DNA of 64,000 nucleotides, taken from positions 17,112,001 to 17,176,000 of the forward strand of contig CM060733.1 in the NCBI GenBank assembly GCA_030704615.1, in the 5' to 3' direction. Shown piece by piece: positions 1 to 10,959 of the stretch (positions are counted from its first letter, which is position 1; each line of letters starts with the position of its first letter). The notes beneath the pieces were generated by a model. It saw nothing but the letters and a program-made list of their open reading frames with translations. It had not been told where the DNA came from and searched no databases. The DNA comes from Takakia lepidozioides (taxonomy: Eukaryota; Plantae; Bryophyta). Position numbers and translations under genes: made by a program.

Positions 1-864
1 AGCTGTTCCCTGCACGATTATCCTCCAGCAAGCCCTAAGCTACCCATTCACCATAGCAGCGACTGCACCACCTGTTAACTGATTGCTCCATCGCATGCCA
101 CACCGATCTCCCTGTAAGCATATCCTCCAGAAATTGATCATTACCAAGAAGATGGTGGCACCGCTTCCCCTGCTACACAGATTACCAAGATGTGCCCTTA
201 TACTCTACATTAACACTTCTCTTAATGCAAGTCAGAATGCCCCAGTGTAGATGCAATCGCCCTTGACACAATGCCCTGCCAATTCCACTGTTCGCAGCAT
301 CTGCTCAGAGCGCCCGTCATCTTCCCCTTCGTCTTCCTCGTCCCGCGTTTCTAGGGTAATCACCAGTGATGAAAGTCATCCATTTTCACGAACATAAAAA
401 TGTGCTAGGTTTCATTAACAGAACAAATTCATTGCATCCTTGGCACTGGATCCTTCGTCCTCATTTCAGGGAGTCATCCAGAGAGCATGGATGTAATCCA
501 TTCATCCTCCGGATGAAAATACGCCTGGTCATGACTTAGCCACTTTCATCCTGACAAAGTATCAGCATAGTGTGCCCATGAAATAACCTGTAGGCAGGGA
601 TGAATTCCGCCCATAGCATGTATGAAATAAATTGAGCATCTTCATCCTGGCCAATAGTCCCCCATCGTTCCCATGATGTAACCAAGAAACATGTATGGAA
701 TAAATTGCAGGGACAACTCAACCTATTTTCACATTGGTACCAGGGCCCTTCCTTTGTAGCAATGCAGAATCTCAGTGAGTAAGACAAAAATTTAATGTCA
801 CTCCCTTGTATTCACACTACACACTGTTTCACTGAATTGACAGTTGTCTGCTGTCCCAACAGGG

Positions 865-3800
865 TGTTGGAGGCAACGAGGTCAATTCTCCCTTCCCCTC
901 CCAGGGCATTCCACATCCCGGCCATATTGCGAACGTTGGTTACACAACCAAAAGAGGTTTGGTATTGACCACGCCGCCATATGCACGTGTCAAGTTATTT
1001 TACCACTAGTGTGAAACTAGCTAGGAAATAGCTAGCTTTTACATATTGACATTTGGGATTGGCCCAAGTGTCAATCCAGGGATCAAGGCAGATTTAGGCC
1101 CTGGAGTGGTTATCTTCACGGCAAGCGCGGGAGGCTCATCTTTCTCGAGTTGAGCCTCACCGCGCCTAGCTATGGCGCCATAGTGTGGATTCCCCATGGC
1201 GTGGGGTGCACTTGGCTTGACTTGTATTTGAGTGATGAGGTTATATATGCATGAGTTTATGCTTCAGATTTGTGAGCTCGTGCTTGTATTCTTCTTCTTT
1301 ATCACTCGAGAAAGATGAGCTCGTATCTGTGAGTGCCAGATACGAGTCAGTTGTAGCACTTGTGGTTTTTGCTTGAGAATGAGATAAACCAGGTTGTTAT
1401 GCAAAGAGCACTGTGGAGCTCTTGGTTGTTAGAAGCGGAGGCGATGTGGGTTACGAGGTGGTAGACCTTGGCATTCGATCTTCAGCTTCAGAGATGAAAG
1501 CACCATACTGCAGGTAATTCCAGAGCACCTTGATGGTTTCAGATTGTGTACATGCATGAGCAAGCACGATTGGGAAGAGGACCAGTCAAGAGCAGGTTAT
1601 AGTGGCTTTGGTGGCAAAGCTCAGAACTGGACTTGGGAATGCGAGCTTTCATTGTGTGAAGGATTGCAAGACCAAACGAAAGGGCTGATTTGACTTGGGG
1701 CAAATCAGTGCACTTTGTGGAGTATGTTGAGAGTGGGTTTCAATCTCGAGCTTCAGCATTGAGAGGGCTCTTGTCATGGCAAGAGCAGGGCTGGAACAGG
1801 AGCTAAGAGGTGCGGCAAGGCCATGGAATGTGCACCTAGGGTTTCAGAGCTTGGAAGAAGAGCTCTTGCACCACAAGAGGAGTGTCTTGTGGCTGGAAAT
1901 GTAAGCCTTAGGGTTTCAGGAGCTTGGCAAAGGCTGTGGAGTGCATAGTCTTGTCTTAGAGAGCATCAAGGAGCCAAGGAGCCAAGATAGGGGGCTGATA
2001 CCTCTTGTGTGAAGAGGTTGCATGTGTGGAGCATGTATTCAGCTCATTGAAGCTTCCATCTTCAAGCTTGGAGGGCTAGCAAGGAAGAGGGAAGGGCTGA
2101 CTTCCCTTATGTGAGGGCAATGCATGTATGGAGCATGCTTTCGGCTTGTTGAAGGCTTGTACTTTCAAGTTTGGGAGTGCAAGAAAGGAAGGAAGGGGCT
2201 GGTTTCCCTGTAGGGCATGTGTGGAGCATGCTTCCAGCCCGCTAAAGCGTGTATTTTCAGGTTGGTGGATGCAAGAAAGAAATCAAAGGGGCTGATTCTT
2301 TGGTGGTGAGAGTGGGGCATGTGTGGAGCATGCCTTCAGTCCATTGGGCTTTTGTTTTCAAGCTTTAGAGAACTAGAAGAGAAGGTAAGGGATTGATCTG
2401 CTCTTATGTGACAGTCCGACACTTTGTAGAGCGTGTTCTGAGTTGGGGTTTCAACCTCAAGCCTAGATAGAGCATGGCTCTTGAAGTGGCAGGTGTAGGG
2501 GGCTGGAATAGGCTCTAAGACAGATGTTATGGCCAAGGGAAACGCTTGAATGAGTGCTCACAAGGGCTGGAAACCAGCAAGGCTTGGTTGTTTGCCATTG
2601 AGTTTAGTGGCGTGTTTGGGGAGTCTAAGTGAGAAAGAAGGCTTGGTTTGTGGCAACCATCTTCCTCATGGCTTAGGGCTACTATTGGTGGTGTGTGGGA
2701 GCCGAAAGAGCAAGAATACCTTGCTGATTTCTTCACAGCCACCATAGCTCGGTGCAAAGAAGCCTAGAGTCCAAGAGACACAAACCCTAGCTTGGCGTGG
2801 CTAAACCCCTTGGAGAAATGGCTAAACTGTCATGAGTGGCCTGTGGGGCTGTGATGGGCTGTGCCCTGTGGCTTGTGGGGCTGTGACGGGCTGTGACACG
2901 TTGTGATGGGCTGTGAGGGGCTGTGAGGGGCTGTGACAGGCTGTGCCATGTGGCCTGTGGGGCTGTGAGGGGCTGTGCCCAGTGGCCTATGGGGCTGTGA
3001 GGGGCTGTGACAGGCTGTGCCCTGTGGCCTGTGGGGCTGTGACGGGCTATGAGGGGCTGTGATAGGCTGTGCCCAGTGGCCTGTGGGGCTTTGACGGACT
3101 GTGAGGGGCTGTGACAGGCTGTGAGGGGCTATGAGGGGCTATGACAGGCTGTGCCATGTGGCCTGTGGGGCTGTGACGGGCTGTGAGGGGCTGTGACAGG
3201 CTGTGCCCTATGGCCTGTGGGGCTGTGACGGGCAGTGAAGGGCTGTGGCCTTTGGGGCTGTGACCCCTGTGACCTGTGTAGGGCTGTGACAGGCTGTGTC
3301 TTGTGGCCTGTGGGGCTGTGACGGGCTGTGAGGGGCTGTGACAGGCAGTGCCCTGTGGCCTATGGGGCTGTGACGGGCTCTGAGGGGCTGTGACAGGCTG
3401 TGGCCTTGGGGCTGTGACCCCTGTGACCTGTGTAAGGGCTGCGACAGGCTGTGCCCTATGGCCTGTGGGGCTGTGACGGGTTGTGAGGGGCTATGGCCTT
3501 TGGGGCTGTGACCCTATGACCTTTGTAGGGCTGTGACAGGCTGTGCCTGTGGCCTTTGGGGTTGTGATGGGCTGTGACAGGCTGTGACCTGTGGCAGTGG
3601 GGGCTGTGACAGGCTGTGACATGTGGCCTTTGGGGCTGTGACGGACTGTGACAGGCTGCGGCCTGTGGGGCTGTGACCCTGTGACTTGTGTAGGGCTATG
3701 ACAGGTTGTGGCCTGTGTGGGGCTGTGACGGCTGTGACCAATGCCTGTGCTGGTCTGTGGTGGCCTATGTTGACCTGTGGACGGCCTATGCTGACTCGTG

Positions 3801-4487
3801 GAGGCAATGGTGGACTGCCTAAGGACTGGCATGTGGTCTTGAAGGCTGAATTTTGAAGCTCGTGGAGGGCGGTTTGAGGAGTATCTTCATGATATTCCCA
3901 TGTTCATGCAAGTGAGGGAAGAAATGAGAAAAAGAGTGTTGGGATGAGGGCATGTTGGGGTTAGGCATTGCTTTAGCTTCTCTTCCTCGTAGTTTTCCAC
4001 CCTCACATTAGGCCAAGACATTTCCGTAGGTGGAGGCAAGAGTCAGTCCGGGTTTGGGCTGGGGTGTCCTTGCAGGAGCAACACCGTGGAGTTGTTTTTG
4101 GTGTGGGAGAGTTGTCATTCTGATTTCTTGTGTTTGGATCCCCTCCATACCTGCATGCTTGACTGTGCGTCATGCTAGTTTTGTGTGGGCGCTTGTTTTT
4201 ATAGGTGATTGGTCCGGATTTGATCACCGGCCAGTCCTAGGGCATGTTGTCGATGGTGAGGCTGGGGTGATGACCAGTCAGACCATCATTGTTTCTCCTG
4301 TGGTGAGGTTGGTGGTGATGACCAGCCAACCATAGGGGTGCTTTGCGGTGGATGCACGTATAGGTGTAGGCTATGTTAGGAACCTAGTATTCCAAACCAT
4401 AAGCCGCAACAGGTTCTCTACCCGATTACCTTGTGGAGAGGGGGTTAGGGACATGTGCATGACCGGTTGAATGATAATTTGTCAACA
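865..4487 (+). mobile_element. Putative 5' LTR (~3.6 kb) of an Athila/Tat-like Ty3/Gypsy retrotransposon
   Basis: Begins TGTTG (865) and ends GTCAACA (4487), directly followed by a PBS-like sequence and a gag-like ORF. TG/CA-rich (CpG-decayed) and non-coding, with a TATA-like TTATATAT near 1241. The left boundary is uncertain and no 3' LTR is seen. Confidence 0.55.
2835..3795. repeat. Minisatellite built from GGGCTGTGA(C/G)/GGCCTGTGG 9-11 bp units inside the LTR
   Basis: Dozens of ggctgtga / ggcctgtgggg units over ~950 bp, seen directly. Confidence 0.95.
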
Positions 4488-4491
4488 CGAA

Positions 4492-4512
4492 GGTGCCACT
4501 AGTTGCTGGGGA
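4492..4512 (+). promoter_or_regulatory. Decayed primer-binding site (Athila-type GGCGCCGTTGCCGGGGA)
   Basis: GGTGCC-ACTA-GTTGCTGGGGA just after the LTR end. It matches the Athila-type PBS allowing for C>T changes and a 4-nt insertion. Confidence 0.55.
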
Positions 4513-4643
4513 CAGTGCCGGTTCGAGCACTAGCAATACTAGTGGGTACACGAGACGAGGTGTGTGGTTTAGGCCACCTTCACCTCCTGTGTCTTCTACG
4601 GAATGTTCTGATTCGGATTGTGAATCAGAAGGACTCATACCGG
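4493..4643 (+). pseudogene. 5' piece of Gypsy gag region, cut by an inversion breakpoint
   Basis: Reads ...DSDCESEGLIP and continues in frame as VSLPLLWDTMEEMYG... on the minus strand from 15742. Confidence 0.6.
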
Positions 4644-5230
4644 TTCCAGTTCTAGGCCCTATTGCCGTCCAGGGACTTAGCCATTTTCGGGCTAAGTCCC
4701 TAGACTGGCTGGCCCTGAACTGGAAATTCGGCGCCATTTTCCAGTTCCAGGCCCTATTGCCGTTCAGGGACTTAGCCATTTTCGGGCTAAGTCCCTAGAC
4801 TGGCTGGCCCTGAAGTGGAAATTCGGCGCCATTTTCCAGTTGTAGGCCCTATTGCCGTTCAGGGACTTAGCCATTTTCGGGCTAAGTCCCTAGGGTGGCT
4901 GGCCCGGAACTGGAAATTCGGCGCCATTTTCCAGTTCTAGGCCCTATTGCCGTTCAGGGACTTAGCCATTTTCGGGCTAAGTCCCTAGGGTGGCTGGACC
5001 TGAACTGGAAATTCGGCGCCATTTTTTCAGTTCTAGGCCTTATTGCGGTTCTGGGACTTAGCCATCTTCGGGCCAAACCGGGAAAAATGGCGCCGAATTT
5101 CCATTTCAGGGCTTCCAAGATGGCTAAGTCCCTAGGGTGGCACTCACCGAAAACCGAAATTCGGCGCCATTTTTCCATTTCTAGGCCCACTCACATCCGC
5201 CCCAACCTGGGAAAATGGTGCCGAATATGC
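4644..5230 (+). repeat. ~90-bp tandem repeat (intron of element C ParB-MTase gene) with hairpin AGGGACTTAGCC-ATTTTC-GGGCTAAGTCCCT and GAAATTCGGCGCC motif
   Basis: About 5 units plus degenerate copies. The same unit occurs reverse-complemented at 15743-15801 and 27070-27390. Confidence 0.9.
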
Positions 5231-5266
5231 ATTTCAGGGACCTCATTGTGTTTTTCATGAATGCAG

Positions 5267-7020
5267 GTACTGCAAGTTCTCCCTTTTGGAGAAAGGTCAT
5301 CTGTCTTTCGAGCCACCATTCTTCCTGGCATGGAGGAACCCTGGGGCTGACTCCATGTACACTGACGATATTGTGAAGGAGTGGCATCTGGAACATTTGC
5401 GTGATTGCCCTTGGTATGTGGACCTTCCGCCCGGCTCGCTCGACCCATCCGAGTTTCAATTGAAGCTGGATGCTGAATTCCGACGAAACCGGGCTCCGCT
5501 GCCTCCGTTGGGTGCAAAAGAGGCAAAAGCACTTGCGAACTCCAGGAAAGCGGCAGAGCTTGCTCAGGCAGGAATTCAGGAGAAATTGCATGAGAAGAGT
5601 AAAGGCCAAAGGAAAAGGACAAGGAAACAGGTGAGTGCAGTAACACCCAAAAAGAAGAAAACCATCGGGGCATCGGAGGAGGCGCAGGAGGGGACCCAAG
5701 AGAGTGACTCGGACGACGACTTTGTTCAAGGTCCTGCGATTGCTGTTGCTCCTACCCAGTCACCGTCGTCCGGGTTCCCAAGTCAGTTCGGAGTGGGACT
5801 GGCTCTGCCAAGAAGTTGGCATTTGAGGGCGAGCCTACACGGCGGTATTCGGCGGTGACGTTTACGCACAGGCCAAAGCTAGAACCTCCAACCATCATCC
5901 AATGCGTCAATGAGAGCTTCCTTGACGCTCTCGCTGCCAGGGCGAAGAAGGTGGCACACAACAAGTCTCTGGCGGAGCAGAAGGGGAAAGCCAAGAAGAG
6001 GGCTGGCGGTACAGAGCCTAAAGACACCCCTGGTTTTGAAGCCATGATGGAATTCTTCACGGCTGTGAGCACGAATTGCAAGAGCACTCGGGGGGGGGGG
6101 GGGTTGAGGTGGAGAGAGCTTGCGACATGATTCTCCTCGACATTCCAGATGGGGAGCTGCTGGAGGGCCTGGATGGTGTGCCCACCTGGAACAGGTTTAC
6201 TGAGGACTACTGGAAAGCCGGTTGGGCTGGCGGGATGCTTTTGGATGACGGTGGATGTGTGGTTGTCCTTGCCACGAGAGGGAAGACCACAGAGAATGCG
6301 GTGGCAAGGTGGACACCAAAAAGTGTCACCCCGGTCCTCCTCAGAAAATGATTCTGCATCAGTACGCAGGGGTTGCGAACAGAGGGCCAAAGTGTAAGTT
6401 ATCAATCTATTGCATTCACTTCATATTGTGGTGTATGTTAAGTAGACCCTGGAGTTGATCCCTTCTTTGTTGGATGTGCAGACATTGGTGTTTGAGGCAT
6501 ATTGCTTTGTGAAGAGAGGGTCTACGTTCAAATTCCGCAACGACGGTCGTCTTGTTGATGCCGCTGTGGACCCTGTAACCTACGATGTCCTCTACAACTA
6601 TGTGCCCCACTCCAGTATGCCGAAGGACACAAAGACAGGCAAACTGTGGCGTACAGCCGGACCCGGAGCCCTGCTTTCATCCAAACCCTCATGGAGACGT
6701 GCTCGGATGTCCAAGGGCGGATTCTGGACCTCACATGCGGCACGGGTAAGCCTTCACGTGCTCAGTTTGTCCCCTGGCCCGATTGCAATTGCATGCCGCA
6801 AGCTATTAAACCGCCCGCTTTGTTCCTCAGGTGCTTCAATGTGGGCAGGGTTGTCCGACTGCATGTGTTTGCAGATACTGCCCTCCACAACTCGGAACTT
6901 GCAGCGGCTGAACGTCTGCCGAAAGAGGAAGAGGCATCCTCGGAGGATGAGGAAAAATCCGAGAAGGAGCGGGGAGGAAGTTTGGGATCGAGGCCGAGGA
7001 GCCCCCGGTTTTACGAGTGA
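5267..7020 (+). pseudogene. C-terminal half (linker + beta-class DNA amino-methyltransferase) of element C ParB-MTase gene, frameshifted
   Basis: Exon YCKFSLLEKGHL..DCPWYVDLPP is homologous to B exon YTKYVLMEGNHL..DCGWYLDCPP. Motif IV-like CDMILLDIPDG (~6120), motif X-like RSPAFIQTLMETCS, and motif I-like RILDLTCGTG followed by a GT-AG intron and GAS. Confidence 0.8.
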
Positions 7021-7801
7021 GTGGTGGCATTGTAAGTTGCCTCAGATTTCGTGAGGCACCTCCCTCTGCTCTCTTATTTCATTGAAAACCCTTTGTGGTT
7101 GTGCTGGTATTGACATTCTTGAAGTGGATTTGTTCTTACTGTAGGATTGCCAAGTAGCCGGAGGACGTCTACACCGGAGTTCATGGGCAGGAGGAACGTG
7201 CCTTTTTTTGCCAGGGGGGATTTCATGCCTAGTCCAGAAAGGGAGTACCATCCTTCCTACTTATGCTGCCCGGCTTGCTCGGTGTCCATTAGGAGGTGTT
7301 CCAACGTAGTCGTGTACAACAGATTTTTAGACGAGGCAAGCCTCAAGAAAATGAAGATGGGGAGGAGGCAGCAGCTTTAGAGCCCGTCGGGCTCGTAGAT
7401 TTGGTGTTGGATTCTGCTGAGGAAAGTGGGGGAGAAGACGCGAAGATTCCCAGGAGGTGAGGTGGACAGTCCCCCCAAGGAGAGGACGGGATTTTTGAAG
7501 GCATAGTGGAACTGATGCATCACAAGCAGAGCTCTAGGACGAGGGGGATGAGGGGGATGAGGAAAAGGTGGGGCAGTTCCTCGTAGGGTGTAGGAGAGTA
7601 GTGCCCATTCCGGCTATGACAGTTATACCACTTGGGTATAGACGTGCCTTGCCACAAAAATTTGCATAAATGTTTTGCATTTCAAGTCCACTGTATCCAG
7701 AAAAAAAAAAAAATTTCCGTGGAAAAACAATGAAAAAAAAAAAAAAAAAAAAAAAAAAAAGGACTGCTCATGCTTTTTTTTTTTCCGCTCATGCTCATGC
7801 T

Positions 7802-7831
7802 GCTCATGAAATAGCAGCCCCCCCTCCATCC
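7802..7831 (-). mobile_element. Terminus of element C (MTase side) plus 9-bp TSD CCTCCATCC (7823-7831)
   Basis: Reverse complement GGGGGCTGCTATTTCATGAGC pairs with GAGGTTTGCTATTTCATGAGC at 51699. Both abut CCTCCATCC inside PPR coding sequence. Confidence 0.85.
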
Positions 7832-8235
7832 CACGCCCCTGTTGTGCATACCGTGCAAGCATCACGTTCCATGACACCACATCTTGTTCAGCCATTTGAA
7901 AACTCCCTTCGCATCCTTCATGCACCCACATTTGGCATACATGTCCACCAGGGATACTTGTTGTGCATATCCTGCAATCGTCGCACTCCACGACACCACA
8001 TCTCATTCAGCCATACTGTCGAACACTCCCTTTCCATCCTCGAGGCACTCACATTTGACATACATGTCCAGCAGGGCAGTGTTCAGAATGACATCGGGTA
8101 CAATTCCAGATTTGACGATGTCACCATGGACCTCTTTGTACCTTTCCAGGGCTGCCAGGCTTGCACACGCATTGCCAATGCAAACAAATGTTATGCGGTT
8201 GGGCTTCACTCCTTCGCACATCATTTGCTCAGAGG
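7823..8235 (-). pseudogene. PLS-class PPR gene fragment (5' of the element C insertion)
   Basis: GVKPNRITFVCIGNACASLAALERYKEVHGDIVKSGIVPDVILNTALLDMYVKC and DVVSWNVMLARYAQQG motifs, with stops and frameshifts. Confidence 0.9.
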
Positions 8236-8724
8236 AAGTGCTGATGTAAAGATGTAAAGACCCAGTTGCATCTGTCAAAGTCCCTTTGGAGTGAAAGTAG
8301 GTGACCAAAACGATAAAACGGCAGGAGGCCACCTGACCTCACAACAGAGCACAAACTCTTCATAAGTGCGTGCTTGTGCAGCATGACTTCCCTGTTTCAA
8401 GTCCAAGCTTATGACTTCCCACAACACCTACAACAGAACTCCCCAGATTTTTACCAGTCATGGTCTAGTAAAGGATAGGCAATATATTTGGAGTATACTT
8501 TGCTTGTAAGACAGTGTTCAAGCCACAGATGCCTCACGGCCAGCTTATTGCCAGGCTACATGATGTTTGATAGTACTACTTGCTTTGCTTTAAGTTTGAA
8601 ATTTGACTCATCTAGCCACAAAATCCATCTGTTTAAGTATGAGTGTGAGATAAAGCAGCCAGAAACATTACTTCTCTCCGCCTTACGACGCTCCCATTGG
8701 AATGGGGCAGAGAGATGAGAAGAG

Positions 8725-9625
8725 CTGTGAAAAGAGCGAGAACCCACCTCTTGTACTTCTTTTCATAGCCGCATGGACAAGCAACATTTTGACTCAGTTG
8801 TCCATTTTTTGCAAGATTCACAGATGCTGCCGCATTCCAGCGACCCCCCATCAACTCTTCCACCTTCACCAACCAACAAATCCATGGCGTCAACCTCAGG
8901 CCAGACCTTTCATCTCCCAGCTATGGCCACCTTATATTCAAGGTATAGGGACAAATATATTTCATCATTCAAGGTATTAAAAGATGGTAGGAAACAGGCA
9001 AACAGTGCAAAAGCCATTGGTGAGACAGCGGGAGGAGAGATTTTGAGAAGAGAATGCAGCTGCCAGAGCATAACAAAAACATACAAGAGCTCTTAGGCAG
9101 CAAACACGGGAGACTAACCTCGTCAAGAGACTTGGGAAGCGGATTGCCTTCCTCCTTAAGCTTCATCACACGCCTGTTTGCCTCCTTTGCCCACTAGTAT
9201 TTTGCCAGTACGACATCAACATCACGCACAGTGCACCCCCACTCCGTTGCAACCTCAGCCTTGTGCAGCTCTCCAACTCGCTGGACCCACACCATGCCCA
9301 GCCCGATGCCCCTTGCTTACTTTCTGAAGACATACTGTGCTCACCTGCAAGCCCGGCCGTCCAGTATGCAGCCCTCTTTAACTGTTTACCACTTCTGAAG
9401 GTTGGTGCTCTCATTAAACATTGAAACAGACTTTTCTGTAGCAACCAAATTCAGATGTAATGAAAAAGCATACCAGAGGGTCATGTGGGGCTAGGGATCG
9501 AAGAATCCCCTCCTGTCTCTCAAGGGATTTTACAGCTGATACTTCACCCCCTCTGGGCAGGCCGCGTCCAAATGTCGTTAGACTTCCAAACTGGCGTGCC
9601 TTCTTCACCTCATCTGCAAAATCTG
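8725..9625 (-). pseudogene. Exons 2-end of a SEC-C motif protein gene (AT3G04950-like), pseudogenised
   Basis: FADEVKKARQFGSL..., LAKY*WAKEANRRVMKLKEEGNPLPKSLDEV and VEELMG..NLAKNGQLSQNVACPCGYEKKYKR (SEC-C CPCG motif). In-frame stops present. Exon 1 is at ~36900-37193. Confidence 0.75.
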
Positions 9626-9825
9626 TACAACACAAAGAAAATCTATTGAGAGGCAGAGCCAGATTTCAAAGAAAGATTCACAAATCGAGTACATACTAGT
9701 ACTGAACCGATTATTGGGCTAATTTCCAACCTCTGACCGCCGTGGCTGCAAATTACAGGATTGGGCTCTCAATCTGGGGTCTTCAAGCACTCATTGAAAG
9801 AAGACATAAAATTTCTTGCTTGTTT

Positions 9826-9945
9826 GATCACTGTGGGGGGTGCTTTTCCGTGAGCCTGGAGGCGTGAGCCTGTGAGCCCAGGAAATCGTGAGCCCAGCAC
9901 AGGCTCACGCCACGTCAGCATACATACAGGGCCTATTTCTGCGGG
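9826..9945 (+). mobile_element. Terminus of element D (MTase side) plus TSD GATCACTGT (9826-9834, reverse complement of ACAGTGATC)
   Basis: GGGGGGTGCTTTTCCGTGAGC from 9835 has the family 21-bp spacing and is followed by GTGAGCC repeats. The flank matches the 9-mer at 37628-37636. Confidence 0.8.
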
Positions 9946-10959
9946 TGTCACCTATTTCCTCGGGTTGATCAGCCATTTCCTAGGAATGCAGAGTGGATAT
10001 GTTACATCCATTGTATCCATTGCATCCATGCAGACATTATCAACATACCAAGCCCTCACAAGTTTATGTGGGTACGTCGTGAGGAGGTGCACACTGACAT
10101 GATCTAAAGCGGATCCCTGCGAAATCTTTTCTTACTCACCACCCTTGCGAACATGCCAGGTATGTGCGGGAGCATCATGGATGCTCATTAGATTTGAGAA
10201 TGCATGAACGCTCTTTGATGAGGTGGACTTCACCGTGATGGATTCACCAACCATTCTTCTAGCAGAAATCGTTTGGAGACCAACGACCAAATGATGCGAA
10301 AATGTTGTACACGAACCAAAGTCGTTTGTTTGTTTTTGCAATGCACTCAACTCTGTGAGGTCTAGAAAACACTAAATAGATTGAAGGAACAATCGGGGCA
10401 GTCCATGCAACCCCCATCTCCAACAATAGTTTGTTCCCATTAATGTGCATTCCACGCACACATTGCAAACATGACAACAAGGACACACAACCATCCCATT
10501 TCAAATTTGGCCCCAAATAAAACCAAAAGAAAACTTCATATCAAGTGTCACAGTCATCCGAATCAGTCTCGACCTCCTGTGCTATGTCATCCACAAAGAT
10601 TCTGGCCCCAACACCACGTCTTCTACCACGGCCGTCGATGGGTGGACTCCGAGTGCCATGAACGGTCATGCTTGTTGCGAGTGCCTCCGCATAGACAGGT
10701 AGCACGCAAGACCGAGGAGGACTGGAAAGAAGTTCAAATAGGTGTGATAGCCCTGGAGGGCAAGTGGAAGCACGCGGACATCCTGCACATGTCGACAAAA
10801 ACCCATTCAGAACACAATATGAAATACACAAGATGCCACAAGTCCAACGAAGAGGATGTCTGCCATGTGAACTTTGCCTCAAGAACAGTGATTCTCGATA
10901 TTGAAACAACAATGCAAGCATCCACAGGTTGAACTTACTCACAGGCACTGCCTCCTGTC

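Noticed and set aside
1-860. Possible host-gene exons on the minus strand
   Set aside because: Only short coding-like stretches with no recognisable motif; no call can be supported.
7700-7785. Poly(A) tail of a LINE or retrogene
   Set aside because: The A/T runs lie inside the subterminus of element C (an A-rich tract also occurs at 51800-51830) with no retro-type TSD.
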